A program made the translations under genes and the position numbers. The notes beneath the pieces were generated by a model. It had not been told where the DNA came from. It searched no databases and worked only from the letters and a program-made list of their open reading frames with translations. DNA of 36,625 bases, taken from assembly GCA_002633005.1 (NCBI GenBank), contig NMRA01000667.1, forward strand, positions 118,911 to 155,535, written 5' to 3'. Each line of letters opens with the position of its first letter. Position 1 is the stretch's first letter. The DNA comes from Phoronis australis (lineage: Eukaryota; Animalia; Phoronida). This document shows positions 1 to 13,000 of this stretch, piece after piece.

Positions 1-88
1 ACTGCGATCGACTTGTCTAACAACCGTGAACAGAACACACAAAATGAAAGACAATGTATCATATTATTGAATAACAGACAATCCTTAC

Positions 89-186
89 CTTTCTGGATCC
101 TTAGGAAACCTACAAAATGACACGTCTGGGGTTTTCGTGGATGAATTCATGCAATTTATCGCACTGCAAAATGCGTCCGTCCCCAT
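89..186 (-). pseudogene. THAP zinc-finger exon 1 (transposase-type THAP gene or relic; rest is unclear or outside the window)
   Basis: ATG at 186 reads MGTDAFCSAINCMNSSTKTPDVSFCRFPKDPE(R), matching the THAP N-terminal C-x4-C-x-N...F-x-x-FP-x-D pattern; ends at donor AG|GTAAGG at 88. Intact vs pseudogene cannot be decided here. Confidence 0.7.
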
Positions 187-372
187 TGTTTTGGCGCTTC
201 CTGGTTGACCGTAGCTTGTTCACCACTTGGCGGCGCTAGTAGTAGCGGTAACAGCGAACTCACAAGTGAACTCTCCTATACTACTACACTCCTTGCTAGA
301 ACTCTCCACTTGTTGGATGACTGTCCTGTTGGTGAATCGTCGAACTACACACACTGTATAGCGACAGTGTAC

Positions 373-495
373 TTGCTGGTCACCGTCTCTGGTGATGCAA
401 CACTTGCAGGCAATTTCTTCTACCCGCGATTCTTTTTGCTGGTCACAGTCTCTGGCTGATGACGCAACAATTCAGGTAGTACCTTACTACCCACA
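373..495. repeat. Degenerate ~63-bp direct tandem duplication
   Basis: ttgctggtcac(c/a)gtctctgg...ctaccc occurs twice, starting near 373 and 436. Confidence 0.55.
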
Positions 496-1213
496 ATGCA
501 AGTGACAAGCTCTTTGTTAACTTCCTGTTCGTTAAGATCCTTTCTAGAATCTTCCACGAGATGGCTCTGTCGTCACAATTTCCTCCGTACACTGAAGCTA
601 GTCTTTATGCTTCAACTACTATAGCTTATCTTGTTGATTTCAGCCCATAATATAACATTCTACTTATTTAGTGATTGGCTAATAAAAACCACATGATCAT
701 ATCCACTAAAGTACATGTCAACAAGTCTGATTTAAAAGTACATATGCACAAGATTTGGGCAACTTAAAATGGATCTGTTCTTTCTAATTACTTAATCAAT
801 ATTTATTCTGACAATGTAGGTGCATTAGCGTTAGAGTAGGATTGCTGGAGCAAAATTTGTCAGAACGTTTCAATTTTTCAGTAGCGACAGTAAGTAGGAA
901 AATATTGACCTGCGCCAATGTACTGTTAAGCTCACTGGTGACAAACTCACAATGTTATTCACACCTGGTTGAAATAGCTTCGCATCATGGCGTAATAACA
1001 GTGTATTGTCACTGTAAACTGGCTCAAAAGATAGCTATTACCAAACTAAGTGGATTTGTTGACTTACTAGAACAAGGGACAGTGTACGATGGCTGAAAAG
1101 GGTGCAAAACATCCTTTCATTTCAGAGGAAACAAGAAAAACGTAACAAATAGCCAGTGTGAGAATACATGTGGAGAGTGAGTAGACACATCAATGGAAAT
1201 CACTTGTGTATAT

Positions 1214-1357
1214 CAGGGGCGGATCCAGGATTTCGAGTTAGGGGGGTGGGGCAGGGCAGAGTATTAACCAGGATTTTGTCCGTCGAACATTCGCACCCCC
1301 GAACTGCCAAATGTAATCTAGGAGAATTTTAGGGGGGCATGCCCCCATCCGCCACTG
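1214..1357 (+). mobile_element. hAT-like MITE, family A copy 1, 5-bp TSD
   Basis: Ends CAGGGGCGGAT...ATCCGCCACTG; TATAT on both flanks (1209-1213, 1358-1362); homologous to 2200-2342 and 33239-33385. Confidence 0.8.
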
Positions 1358-2199
1358 TATATACACTCAAATTTCCTTGAACATGACGAAACTAATCCAG
1401 AGTATTAACTGTGTCAATTTATTTTTATCAGCATGTAGAATGCACATTTGGCTCCCAACAGTGACTACACCTCTTGTTGGCCATGTTATGGTCAGGACCA
1501 GCGACATCACTATGAAATACGTTCCAGTTTGCAGGGTAATTAGGCGAAAGAATGAAATTGAGAAAAAAAAATGACCCACCTTTTCCTTCAGGTGTTAAAA
1601 CTTAGTTTACGGTTTTCAATCGTCCAGATATAAACAAGAGACCACTGCGGATTGGTGTAAAGCACAAGTGAATAATTGAAGCGCCAAAATCTAGTCAATG
1701 AGTTAAACCAAAAACATTCTCAAGCCATGTTCCAAACAACTGAATCAGTGACTCACGAAATAATCTAATGAATGTACAAATAAAACTGACAGCACTAAAT
1801 GTTTTAACCATAATTAAGCCAGTAGTTTTACCACTCGTTGGTACTTTTGAAATCTTCTTGCGAAACAAAAAATCCAATGTAATAGACGGTTACCATGTTA
1901 CCATGCCTGACTAGCTGACAGCTGAACAATAACTTAAGAATGTTTATGCAGCCTGTAAAACTGTTCACATCTTACTGAGGTTATTACGTAACTTTCACTG
2001 GAGTACTTGTACCGTTTGGACAGAAGATTCGTGTCTGTTGACGGCGAAGACTTTTTACAGTAATATTCCAGAAAGCTAAATGTTATGTTATGGAACAAAA
2101 GTAAGGTGATCAACTAGCACGGAGGAGTCTGGCAGGTTGCGACTGTGAACAGGAAGTTGTTTAACAGTGTTAGCCTCGCTGTGGATCAAAGGTCGGTAA

Positions 2200-2342
2200 C
2201 AGTGGCGGATTTAAAGGGGAGCCAAGGGACCATGCCCTCCCTAAAATTCTCCGAGATTTCATTTGGCAGCTCGGGCAAAATCCTGGCTAATACTCTGCCC
2301 TGCCACCCCCGGCCCTAACTCAAAATCCTGGATCCGCTCTTG
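2200..2342 (-). mobile_element. hAT-like MITE, family A copy 2, 5-bp TSD
   Basis: Reverse-complement homolog of 1214-1357; GGTAA on both flanks (2195-2199, 2343-2347). Confidence 0.8.
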
Positions 2343-3629
2343 GGTAAGAAACCGTCGAGGTGTATGGCCTTGGAAATATTCAACCGTTTTGAAGTATCCA
2401 ATTAAACACCGACAATTAATTGTTGGGTTGATATGCAAAGCGGGCTCCATTAGGTGTGGTGTTTTTTAATCGTAAACATCAATGAACAATTTTAATTTTG
2501 GGCTTTAAAAAGCCCAAAATATTGCTGAATCCCACAACTACAAAGGCTGTAAATCTAGAAATTTCCAATTCATCAAATGCGAAATTTAATTGCAAAAGGC
2601 AGCACCTAGCCGTGGACAAGTCACTGAAAACCTGTTCTGATTTTGGCGGTCATCACGGCGTAGGCCTACTGCATATGTTTGGGGAACTATTGTCTTCCAG
2701 TGGCAATAGTAGGTCTCCGGCACTGGTTCAATGTGCACCGGTTGACTCACGGTTAGTATTATCGGCGGGATCCGTAGTCGGGGACGTAATCATACAAGTT
2801 ACAAAAGCATTCGATGAATGCAGCAGTACCGGTATTTACTTGTTGGGCGAATTATTTGGTCATTTGTGAGCACTATTGTCGTCTAAGCACGCTAAACACG
2901 TAACCTGTCTGTAAATGAGTATTTACACAAGCACGCAGGTATCGTTGGCCGAGAGCGACATAAGTTCGATTTATTAGTGTCATAATTTCTGATTTCAGCT
3001 AGCAATACATACTGATGAAAGTATTAAATGGGCCAATCAGAAGTCAGGAATAATGACATTTTAATTATTAAAATAATACTTTATAGGTGTTATTATTCCT
3101 GGCTTGTCACTTTTAAAATTGGCTGATTAATTATAGTTATAAATAGTTATGACATTTATAAATACTCATTACTGTTATAATTATTTATTGCTGTCATTCT
3201 TTCTGGCGTTTGATTGGCTATAAAATTATTGCTGTCACAATTCGAGAACTATGACGGAATTAGCCCCATTCACACGCTAAATAACATACTGATGATGTAC
3301 TTGACCAACGATACGCGGTATTGCGATTGTGTTATTCTTAGGGCTAATGGTGTTACATGTGTTCAGGTTAACAAACACTTCATAGATTTTGATAATGTTG
3401 TTGCTGCCACGTCACAAGCACTGCGCTTTTAAGTGAAGTTTATTAGGTCACTTTTATTCCTTGACAGACTGAAGTCTCAGAATTTGGTATCGACCATACT
3501 AAATCGTCTGCGCCGCACAATATTGAAGAAGGTGTAGTTGTACAGAGTATTCGTAACTGAATAACAGAGGTTATTGTCGAATGACAACATAATAGCCATC
3601 CCATTAGCTTGGGGCACTTCTTCCAGTAA

Positions 3630-4144
3630 TAGTCGGTGGGCCAGATTCTGTAGGGCCTCTAGAAAATGGTTTTTGTGAGTACTTTAGGGGGGCAATTTTA
3701 TTTTGGTGTTTTTTAATTCATTTATTAGAGCGTTTTCAAAATCTAAAAAGTTCCCACATATAAAGTTGCACATTTTTGAGAAATTTGAGTTTGAAGTTAC
3801 ATAATAATCACCAAAGAGCTTAGTAAACTTATATTTGTAAACACAACAGTTTTGGTGACTTTTTTGTAAAACAAGTAATATGGTCCCATCAGTGCCATTG
3901 TATTNACAATACAATCTGGCTCTCTGATTGGTCAATTCAATAGAAAAGCGCTATCAAGTGGCAAGAATGTGCATCATATTTTGTGCAACAAAAACACCTT
4001 TTTTTAAAAAAATGTGCAAGTGTAGACGTGGGAACTTTTTGGAATTTGATTTATGGGTATATTATCTAGCCACATAGAAAAAATTAGGTTGCCCCCCCAA
4101 AGTACTCACAAGGGTGAACGCTATGAGATCTGGCCCACCGACTA
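3630..4144. mobile_element. Non-autonomous DNA transposon, Academ-like termini
   Basis: Perfect 17-bp TIR TAGTCGGTGGGCCAGAT/ATCTGGCCCACCGACTA, subterminal IR ttgtgagtacttt..ggggggcaa, 3-bp TSD TAA (3627-3629, 4145-4147). Superfamily is inferred from TAG..CTA ends and 3-bp TSD. Confidence 0.75.
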
Positions 4145-5167
4145 TAACGTGTCTGTCTTTGTTCTGCCTTGACAGTCACACGCTAACTGTATAGTCTCAA
4201 AACCACACGCAAAATGGAATCGAACGTCAACGCCAATTCGTCAGTGAAGTTGCCCAAACCTGTCGTGTGCCATGTACAGTAGTTTTCAAAATGGACTCCT
4301 GTAGACAGACTTCGACAAAACTCTGCCATCTCCGTCCAATAACGACAAACCTTGTCGCAAAATAATTTAACAGTTTACATCGATTGGAATTTTCCTCTTT
4401 TAAGAGGATTTCCTCTTCTTTAGTTTCGATTTCATTTTATTTGATTTCCAGTTTCTGCCTTTTTTTCGTCTCCTTTTTATCGTTATTTTGACTTAAATCA
4501 TACAAAAACGCTCATTTCAGTTAAATTTTACAACACAAAAACATTTCTGTCATACAAAGCTATTTATTTGTGGAATGATACGTCACCTGCAAAGTTTTCC
4601 TCTTCTTTGTCATTGGCCACTCCAAGCCTTGAGTTTAGTTCCACTGTTTTTCTCAATAAAAAGCGTTTTGTCAAAATTTAGTCACAATTTAACGTGACTT
4701 TGTTGTGAGCATTTCAGTGCCAAAATTTCAGCATTTCAGCAACTTAGACTGAGCATTTCTTGATGTAAACGCTCTGCGAGTACATTGCTAAAGTAACGAA
4801 TCTGATTGTTAGAGTTTTGACGAACAGATTCTCAGTCTGTTCATGTAATATTTGTCACGCTCAACAGATGAAGTTGTTGACGCAAGAGAGCTACTGATGA
4901 CCCGATCTGTGAAAGTACTGTTGTAGCCAACTGTTATGTCATCCATCCCATGAGACGCATTTCGCCTTTTTCACACGAAATTTGGACAGTTATATAATCA
5001 GCAGCAATTTACCAGTATGTGTTTATTAAGACGCTGATGTTTGCCAATAGTGAAATATAGCAAATAACTCCTCTATGAGGGTTCTTGAATTTTTAAAATT
5101 GAAAGTATGATTTTTTTCAACAAAAACCCAGGCCTTGAGCTATTCATTGGAAATTAGTTCCCAACAT

Positions 5168-5221
<54 letters not shown>

Positions 5222-5227
5222 TAGTAG
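5168..5227. repeat. Compound microsatellite (CAG)13(TAG)7
   Basis: Directly visible. Confidence 0.95.
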
Positions 5228-5592
5228 TAATACACTTTATTCACCTTAAAACAAAAAAATACAATTAATACAAATTAACGCTTTTGGTGACTCCGTGAAG
5301 GACCCTTTAACTCACAATAGAAGTTGTGCCTGAAAGAATGTGGATAAATAAAACCGGTTCTGATAAAGAATCTTGGTTTAAAAGGAATGTTCACAACACG
5401 GCCATTTCAACAAACAATCGCATCAGGATTGCATAAGTTTATTCTGGTAAATGACAGTTCTATGCAGGACTTGAAAATCTTCTCTGTAGGCCACCATTAG
5501 TGAGGTCATTACAGAGGCCATTCAAATCAATCAGTTCGTGATGAGAACTATTTCTTGATTGAGTTGCAAAGGAGCTCCCTCTGTCCTGTCTG

Positions 5593-5709
5593 ATACATAC
5601 ACACACACACACACACATACATACATACATACATACATACATACATACAAACATACACACACACATACATACATACATGCATGCATGCATACATACATAC
5701 ATATATACA
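5593..5709. repeat. Compound (CA)n/(CATA)n/(CATG)n microsatellite
   Basis: Directly visible; produces the spurious ORF 5460-5726. Confidence 0.95.
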
Positions 5710-5959
5710 TCTTTATTTAAACTCATGCATTCATAAATACAAACATTAGCAAAAAGCTAGTCGGATGAGACAGAATATTAATTTGATAACAAAATAACAA
5801 GGAGCATTTACAAATGTACAGGGAGTATTAACAAATTAAGCGTGGATCAGCTAGTGTAATCTAAATTGCTAGGTATTGAAAATAAAACGAGGTAAACAGC
5901 TACATATGCACACATACACACGTACATGTTTACCGTGATCACTTCGACCGTTTGGCAAC

Positions 5960-6155
5960 ACGAACATGTTCATTCGACAACTAACATGTGTGTTAGTAAG
6001 AACTGACACGTTCGTTCGAGCAACCTGTCTGTTCGGTGCAACTAACTTGTTCGTTCGCTAAATAACTTCCCAGTTGTCTGTTTCTCAAAACCGTACTTAT
6101 TCATTCACCAAATAATCTGTCTGTTTGCAAACTAACTTCTTCGTTCGACAGTTGT
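5960..6155. repeat. Degenerate minisatellite-like array
   Basis: Recurring aactaac-x-tgttcgttcg / tgtctgtt units at roughly 20-bp spacing. Confidence 0.45.
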
Positions 6156-6927
6156 CTATTTTGATTCTTTTCGCAGCCCTCTAAGCTCCACTGAAGGGTC
6201 ATTGCAACGTCAGCTGGGCGGAAGATTGCGCAACAAGTAGTAGGCCCACTGGCCGAGAACCCTCAAACGTATCCTGGGATTTCGCAACACACAATTAAAT
6301 CTTTGTTCAGCTGCAAACGAACGTGAATTAAACACTAGGCAGGTGCAAACAGCTCGATTCGACAGAAATTCCAAATTTTGAATTTGAATCTTTAGTGTTG
6401 GTGTCGGTGTATGCAAACTGGCATTAGATACTTAAAAGCACAAGTCATAACGTAGTCGAGCACAATCATATATAGTAATGGTCAGATATAACGTGCCCGA
6501 ATTATGAGAAATAGTTTTCTCCTTTGAATAACGTGTGTCAAACTGGTTCCTAGGTACGACTATGGTGCCCGAATTATGAGAAACAGTAATCCGTCTCAGT
6601 ATCACTAGTTTGAACTCCAGTTCGAGCTAGACTTTGGCTTCTAAATTAGTCTTTTAATGCGCTTAGGAATTAAAGAATTCCTTGATATTTTATTTTGGTG
6701 AAGTGAGGTGGCTTGTGCAAAAACACTTGCGCTAATAGGCCGATCACCCTTGGTTTTCTGAACCAAAGAGCTCAGTGTATCTGATTGTCTGAACCAAGTG
6801 TTATCTAATCCCCGCACCCTGGATCCATCGTCACTTAATATAAAAGTAACAATGGTGACAGTCCGCACAGACCCACCACATAAATCTTGAAAAGGCTTAG
6901 CACAACAGCTTTTATGTAATTCTGAGG

Positions 6928-6945
6928 GACGTCAGACTATATGAA
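6928..6945 (+). promoter_or_regulatory. Candidate core promoter of gene 1
   Basis: TATA-like TATATGAA at 6938-6945, about 60 bp upstream of ATG 7000, preceded by CRE-like GACGTCA. Confidence 0.35.
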
Positions 6946-6999
6946 GCCAATCAGCAGCTGACCGGTGGTTACTAGGCGTTGTACCGAGTTCGAGGAATC

Positions 7000-7047
7000 A
7001 TGAAGTTGTCTCTGGTGGCCTTGTGTTTAGTCTGCGTTCTTGCTTTG
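7000..7047 (+). CDS. Gene 1 exon 1 (signal peptide)
   Basis: aatcATG; MKLSLVALCLVCVLAL; donor TTG|GTAAGC, phase 0. Confidence 0.8.
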
Positions 7048-10000
7048 GTAAGCTCAAATATTTAAACTTTGTCTTTTAGAATTTAAGAATGTGCTCGCGC
7101 ACCGAGGCGACACTGAACTCAAATCCCAGTCCTCCGTTGTCTATTGAATTTCAAAATTATTTCAGATTTAATTTTAACTTAAAGACTGTGACTACAGAAC
7201 TGTTGAGACTGGGAATAATCGTGTATGGAAATATTTCAAGAAATACTATTTTCATGAATAGTACCAACTTTGCTTTACCGGCGACCTTCGCAATGGGCTA
7301 TGGACCTCCATTATCACCGCAGCAAACCTTGCGAATATCGATTTGTCTACTTGATCTCCGTCTAAAGCTGCCATGTCGACCACTTTCGGGGATCTTACAG
7401 TAGTCTGTTGAGACCACCAACACTACAGGCTCCCAGGGCTCGGAAGGGGTAATATTTTGAGGAGATGCGGCTGAAAACTTAGGAAATCCACCAAATTACA
7501 GAGTCTCCTAGACAGAAGGGACTCGAAATCATTTGTAGAGAGCTTTCATGTCTAGTGCGCTACCCTCCACCTCCCAGTCGACTCCAGCTTCGCTAGAGTC
7601 ACCATCCAATTTAATTCCGAACCCCGATACCGACACCCCAGTTTTACACCCTCCATGCTCAGTCGCGTTAGCAGGCCCGTGGGAACTTAAACATTATATG
7701 GCAGTGGACGAGGGTGGCACAAACAACATGAAAGTCGACTTCGCCAAAACTTCTACCCCCGCCCCCGGTGGTCTCAAAATTCTCATCACCACTAGTTCGG
7801 TCCTCCTTCTCATCGCCAACTTCCCACCCCTGTAGGCGTCTGGTCTTCACTTATGGGGGCAAACACCGTGGAGGCAGCAACCAGAAATTCGGATACCCAA
7901 AAATTTCAGCACAAATTTGCAAGGAAGTGTCACTGAGGAATACGCGATTAGTGCGCTATTTTAACTTTTAGTGACAGTGTCTACCTATGAATTTCAAAAG
8001 ATAACAAACCTGAGTGTATTGCCACAATAGGTCTTTAATCTGTATGGAAGTATTACAACAAAGCCATAGCGCGGCTGCTAATTCCGGAGGAATTCAACGA
8101 AAAACAACAGAACTTGGAAATGAGTAGATGGAACTTCATGTCGGAACCTTTGGATATAGTTAGGTCCATTTCGGAGCGTAAAAATGAGACACAAAGCACT
8201 TTTTATGTTTGGTTTGGTTTGGAAAAGTTCTTTGCATTTGGGTCACGCATTGAAGGGATACACTTTGCCGGTCTTCCAGGTTATTTTAAAATCCCTTGTT
8301 GAAAATGGGAACTCTATTTAGTTTCTAGTGGCCGATAACTTAATTTCGTGATCGTAACTCTGAAAGACGGGCACCTGTAATCAAGCTATAATTTCCTGCT
8401 GAGCACATGAAACATGTTCTTTAGATTTTCTAGCAAAGACAAAAGGTACTTTTGAGTACTTGAATTTAAAATAAAAAGTTGGTTACTCTTGTAGTGTTCG
8501 GCCAGACTGGACCTTGGCAAAGAAGGTCGAGCGGATGACAAAGATAAGTCTGCTTTGGCGAAAATAAACTGGATTGAACTCATAGCAAAGCTAAAATTTC
8601 TTGGGAACAAAAAGCCTGGTGACGGCCACAATAAAGAGAAACCCGACGGCGGAGACGATAAAGATGGTGAGGAGAACGTGCAGGGGAACGAAAGAAAGCC
8701 TAAAACAGACGAGAAGGACGGTAAAAAGGAAGATAATGATGACGACGAGGATGATGACGACGAAGAAACTGTCAAAAGTCTCATAGAGCAGCTGAGAAGA
8801 GTCAATGAAAAAAAAACATCAAGGAGTGACAAGAAAGGAGATGCAAACGACGGTGCCCGCGATAACCACGGCGATGATGGCAAGGAAGGTAAAGAAGGCA
8901 AGGAAGGTAAAGAAGGCAAGGAAGGTAAAGAAGGCAAGGAAGGTAAAGAAGGCAAGGAAGGTCAAGAAGGCACGGAAGGTCGCAACAGAAAAAAAGCAGG
9001 CGACAAGGATGACGACGAGGAGAAGAAGGCTTCCTGGAAATATTCACGTGAGTACTATAAATCACATCTGCCATATAAGTTAGCAATTATTTGAACAGCC
9101 GCTTGAAGGGTTGCCGAGTGAAATCTAAAGCTCTGTTTACAATTTTCACAAAATTGGCACAGACAAAGGCCACAGTTAACCTGGGTCACTCGTATTCTCT
9201 ATTGTCATTACGGAATGAGACCACCGTCTAAACATAATGCAAATGCCTACGTGTCGCAGCACTCAATCTGGGCAGGGGCCTGGCATCACTCGCCCTAGAA
9301 TGGAAACAGTTTCTTAGTTATTCAAAAGTTTACAATTACATTGACAAGGTGACGAGTCCGTTATCGCAACGCCGTTTTTGTGTTTGGTCAAAGCACGAAT
9401 CTTTAAAATGTGCCGAACTAGGTGTGGCTCCCAACGAATCGCACGTTCCTCATTCAGTGACATTCCACATTCGTGCGGGGCATAAACCAATGCTATTTCT
9501 GTGTAACTTTCGCTTATTCAGGAAATTCGAACACAGAGACGCTCTAATGCGGTCAAGTTATTGTTACCACAGCCTCCACAAGCGCACCTTTTCATGTCTG
9601 AAAAAGGCGGCTGTACGCGGACTTTTCACAACTACTCAGTATCGCACTGGTAAAAACAACAACGTCGGACACTGTCTTGCACTCGTTATGTTCTTCCCCG
9701 ATAACAGGAAAATGTGTATTTTTTCATTTTGGTATACTAAAGGCTATTAAATCTCTTAATATGTATCAGTAAAAATCTTTTGAGACACAGGGTCATGATG
9801 GGAACTCTTTAAAAGAACCATAGAAAATTGTTTTAAAAAAATAGTATTAGACCGCAAAACTTCGCATGGACACTATGCATTTTGAGACCACTAAGTGGTC
9901 TGAGATTCATCGAAGGCAAGAAATAAAATAAGACCTCAGTACTCAGTGACATGAGTGAGTAGCAATGAGACAGTAAATGTTGCGACATAACGAACAATGT

Positions 10001-13000
10001 ACAACATAGCAACAGGGTACTTGGCACAGCAGCAATAGCCAGCCAGTGGGCACAGCATGCAAGACTAAAATTGAATAGAAACGGTGCTTTTGTAGGCTGT
10101 GAAATGGTGGTTTAGAACAAGCTTCTCCATCGATACAATTAATGGTTCAAGTAACAACAATCGTTGTTTATCTTTCCCTATGCACTTGACAATAGTGTTA
10201 TTATCTAACACTCTTCTATGAAGCTCTTCAAAATGGCATTTGTTAGCAATATTTTTGTAAGTGATGGGACCACCTAAGCGAAAGTGAACACAGTCTGGCC
10301 AGTTATCTATTAATCAGTGTGGAATCGTTTATAAAGATATTTGCATCACATTTAATAATGTACATGATAACGTCACAGGGCCGTCCCAGATTACACGGCG
10401 TAAGAAATCTCCTAAGAAAGCACGTGACCTCGTTTTGGAAGTCAGGCACATTTTTGCGTCTCTCATTGATGCCGGGAAGGCGAATAATTTCCAATCACGC
10501 ATCCACGGGTATTTGCATGCGCGCATCCAGGGGACTCGGGGGTTCGAACAAACGCCCCTATTTGGCGAAGTGGGGAAAGTGGTCCTCCTCAGAGAAACAA
10601 AAACTCCGAAAAAAATAGAAAACAAAGTCCACTGAAAATTCAGGAACTACCTGCACAATTCACAGCTCTGAACATACTCCGCTCTTTAGTAAAAAGCCCA
10701 CATTCCCAAAAATTCGAGACCCCACGATTTTTAGGCTGGTTGCGCGCATGATTTGTACAGTTTATCAAAAAAATTCCAGTCAGAGTTGCAGTAATACAGG
10801 AAGGACGAATACAGTGATGAAAACGAGAAAATCTTGTAAAGAACCAGACAACTGCTACAAATAAGTGGAACTCCTCCAGTGGCAACAAATGCACCAGGCA
10901 ACAAATGCACCTGACTAATGTTTACGGCAATGTGGGTAAATACAGCGAGCTTCTAGCGTCGCTGTGTAATCCAGGACGGCCCGAACTTTGTAGTAGCAAA
11001 GATACTATATAAAATCTTTGGTAGTAGTTTGCGCCTGATAACCAGACCATTAAGCGATTAACAAAAAATGAATTCAGAATTTTGAGCTTTGACTTGAAAT
11101 CTCGTCGAGTTTTACACAAGGTTGTAGCTCAAATCTAGACATCATCAAGTGAACTTGAATCAGACACTCGCCTGTGTAAATCATTACGTAATCGAGCACA
11201 AAATAATAGACACTTGTCTTGAGTTCATATTGCATCAAAACGGAAAATGTCAAAAGTAATTTTCAAGTTTTATTTCAAGTTAGGAGATTAAAACCCCGGG
11301 TACAGCTGGTTTAGATTTCACGGATATCTTAAACAAATGAATGACCGAAACAGATGGGGCGGTGGTAAAGTTGTAGCATTCTAACAAGAGATCCTGGAAC
11401 CGAATTATTTATAACAAGAAAGTATTCTCACTTTGTTACCAATGTACGTTTAGCACTAAGTTCATTTGATATGTTTGGGCATTAAATGCATAATTGATCT
11501 TCGAAATCAAAGTTTAGCCTCGTTTACCCAAGAGTATGCTAAGATTCATCAACGTTGCACTTTAGTTGATAATACATGATAAATATAGAGCTAAACATCA
11601 GGAAGAACAAGTGTTCATTTCGAACACCGACTCTTTATAGACATATTTTAAATTTATTTCAAAAACCCGAAAATGGGCTGGTTTAAGCTTACGGTTATTT
11701 ACAAAGATTTTCTAACACTGCACCTTCTTTTTCAGCTGTGACGCCCGAACTTCTTCACAACGCTACTAAGGCCTTACTTGAAGCTTGGCCTCGGGTGTTG
11801 GAAATCTTTGATGCCGCTGATAAAGAAACTATAGAACTGCTCTACAGCTCTGACACAACAAGTACGCCAATGCCTTATCTAATTGTTCTCTCTAAATATT
11901 TGCACTTTCAATTAAGAAATTGTTGATTTTAAAATCCTTAAGTGAATTGATTTTTTAACAATCTTTATGGTTTGTGTTTGCCGGCCTGTTCTTCATCCCG
12001 TTCAATTCCAAACTAATGTTTTACTCAGTTGTACAGTAATTTTAAACGTGACCATCAAATGCATGAAATAAAAACACCGTCAATTTCCTCTTGGTGGATA
12101 GAATCCAACTTCCACTCGCGACTTAAATAACATATTAAGGGGATAGTCGGGCCACTTCTTGCAGGGGGACCTTCAGAAAGTCCCTTTGAATCGGACACTG
12201 GCTGAGAGAAATGTTAGCGCTTGGCGTGATTCTGTCGCGTATTTGCTACAAGCCAGCCTTAATGATCCTACTGATAAAATCATACTTCCGTGGACTCTGA
12301 AAACGTAAGTGCAGGCAGACAGGTACATGTTGTACCAGATGTGCGCTGGCCTTTCAAGTGGGTCCATTGCACTGAGCACCTGGAACCATTTTTATGCTTT
12401 ATCAATGTAGATTAAACAGAGCTGAGGGGCTAGAGACCTGACTAGGGTCTACCAGTGTGTCAACAGAATGGGACTCAACCCAGTGCCTTGAGTAAAGGAA
12501 TCGGACATTCATCACACACTGCGTCATCCACGGTTTCTTCAAGTGACTACCGTTGGTGATCAGCCATCGATAAAATTGGTTAAACATGATGCCAAGTTAC
12601 TGTTAATTGCCCAAACTGCTGCGTGCAATGATTGTGACCTTCAAATGGTGCGTCCTTTTCAGAGAACGATACAATCGAGGCGCTAGGAGGACTGTTGAAG
12701 GCCTTGCATGAAAGCAGTGGGGCGTCACTTAACGCATACTTGCACTTAAAGTTCTTCCTGAATAAAATGGTGACTTCCGGTAAGTTCCTTCACACCTTTG
12801 CCTGTTGCATCTTCCCTCTGTCATTGCCTGGAATCCATACTTTACTATTAAAAACTAAAGAGTAAGGTGTACATCTCGAAAGCGAGGCTGTTTTTAACGT
12901 TAATAATGGGTCTGTCAATTGCAGGGCTGAAAACTGAAATGAGAAAAGATTCGCCGTGATTTGAGGTCATGCTCGGAACTCAGATAAAATTTCCCGCTGT

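Noticed and set aside
5460-5726. Cys/Met/Val/Tyr-rich ORF
   Set aside because: Translation of the CA/CATA microsatellite.
5960-6600. CRISPR-like array (repeated gttcgttcg units; gtgcccgaattatgagaaa twice near 6494 and 6566)
   Set aside because: Eukaryotic context, degenerate or only two repeats, no regular spacers, no cas genes.
9030-9047. Carbonic anhydrase/nacrein-like identity for gene 1 (W-x-Y after an acidic Gly-rich repeat)
   Set aside because: No QSPI, HxH or ExH alpha-carbonic-anhydrase motifs in the downstream exons; the domain looks helical.
8386-9086. ORFs with (PSL)n, (PCLLYL)n and (KKARKV)n repeats
   Set aside because: Alternative-frame and antisense shadows of the 18-bp coding repeat in gene 1 exon 2.
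10379-10635. Extra exon of gene 1 (phase-1 acceptor at 10378, ORF 10435-10635)
   Set aside because: No convincing phase-compatible donor, the distal half is a MITE, and exon 2 joins exon 3 cleanly without it.
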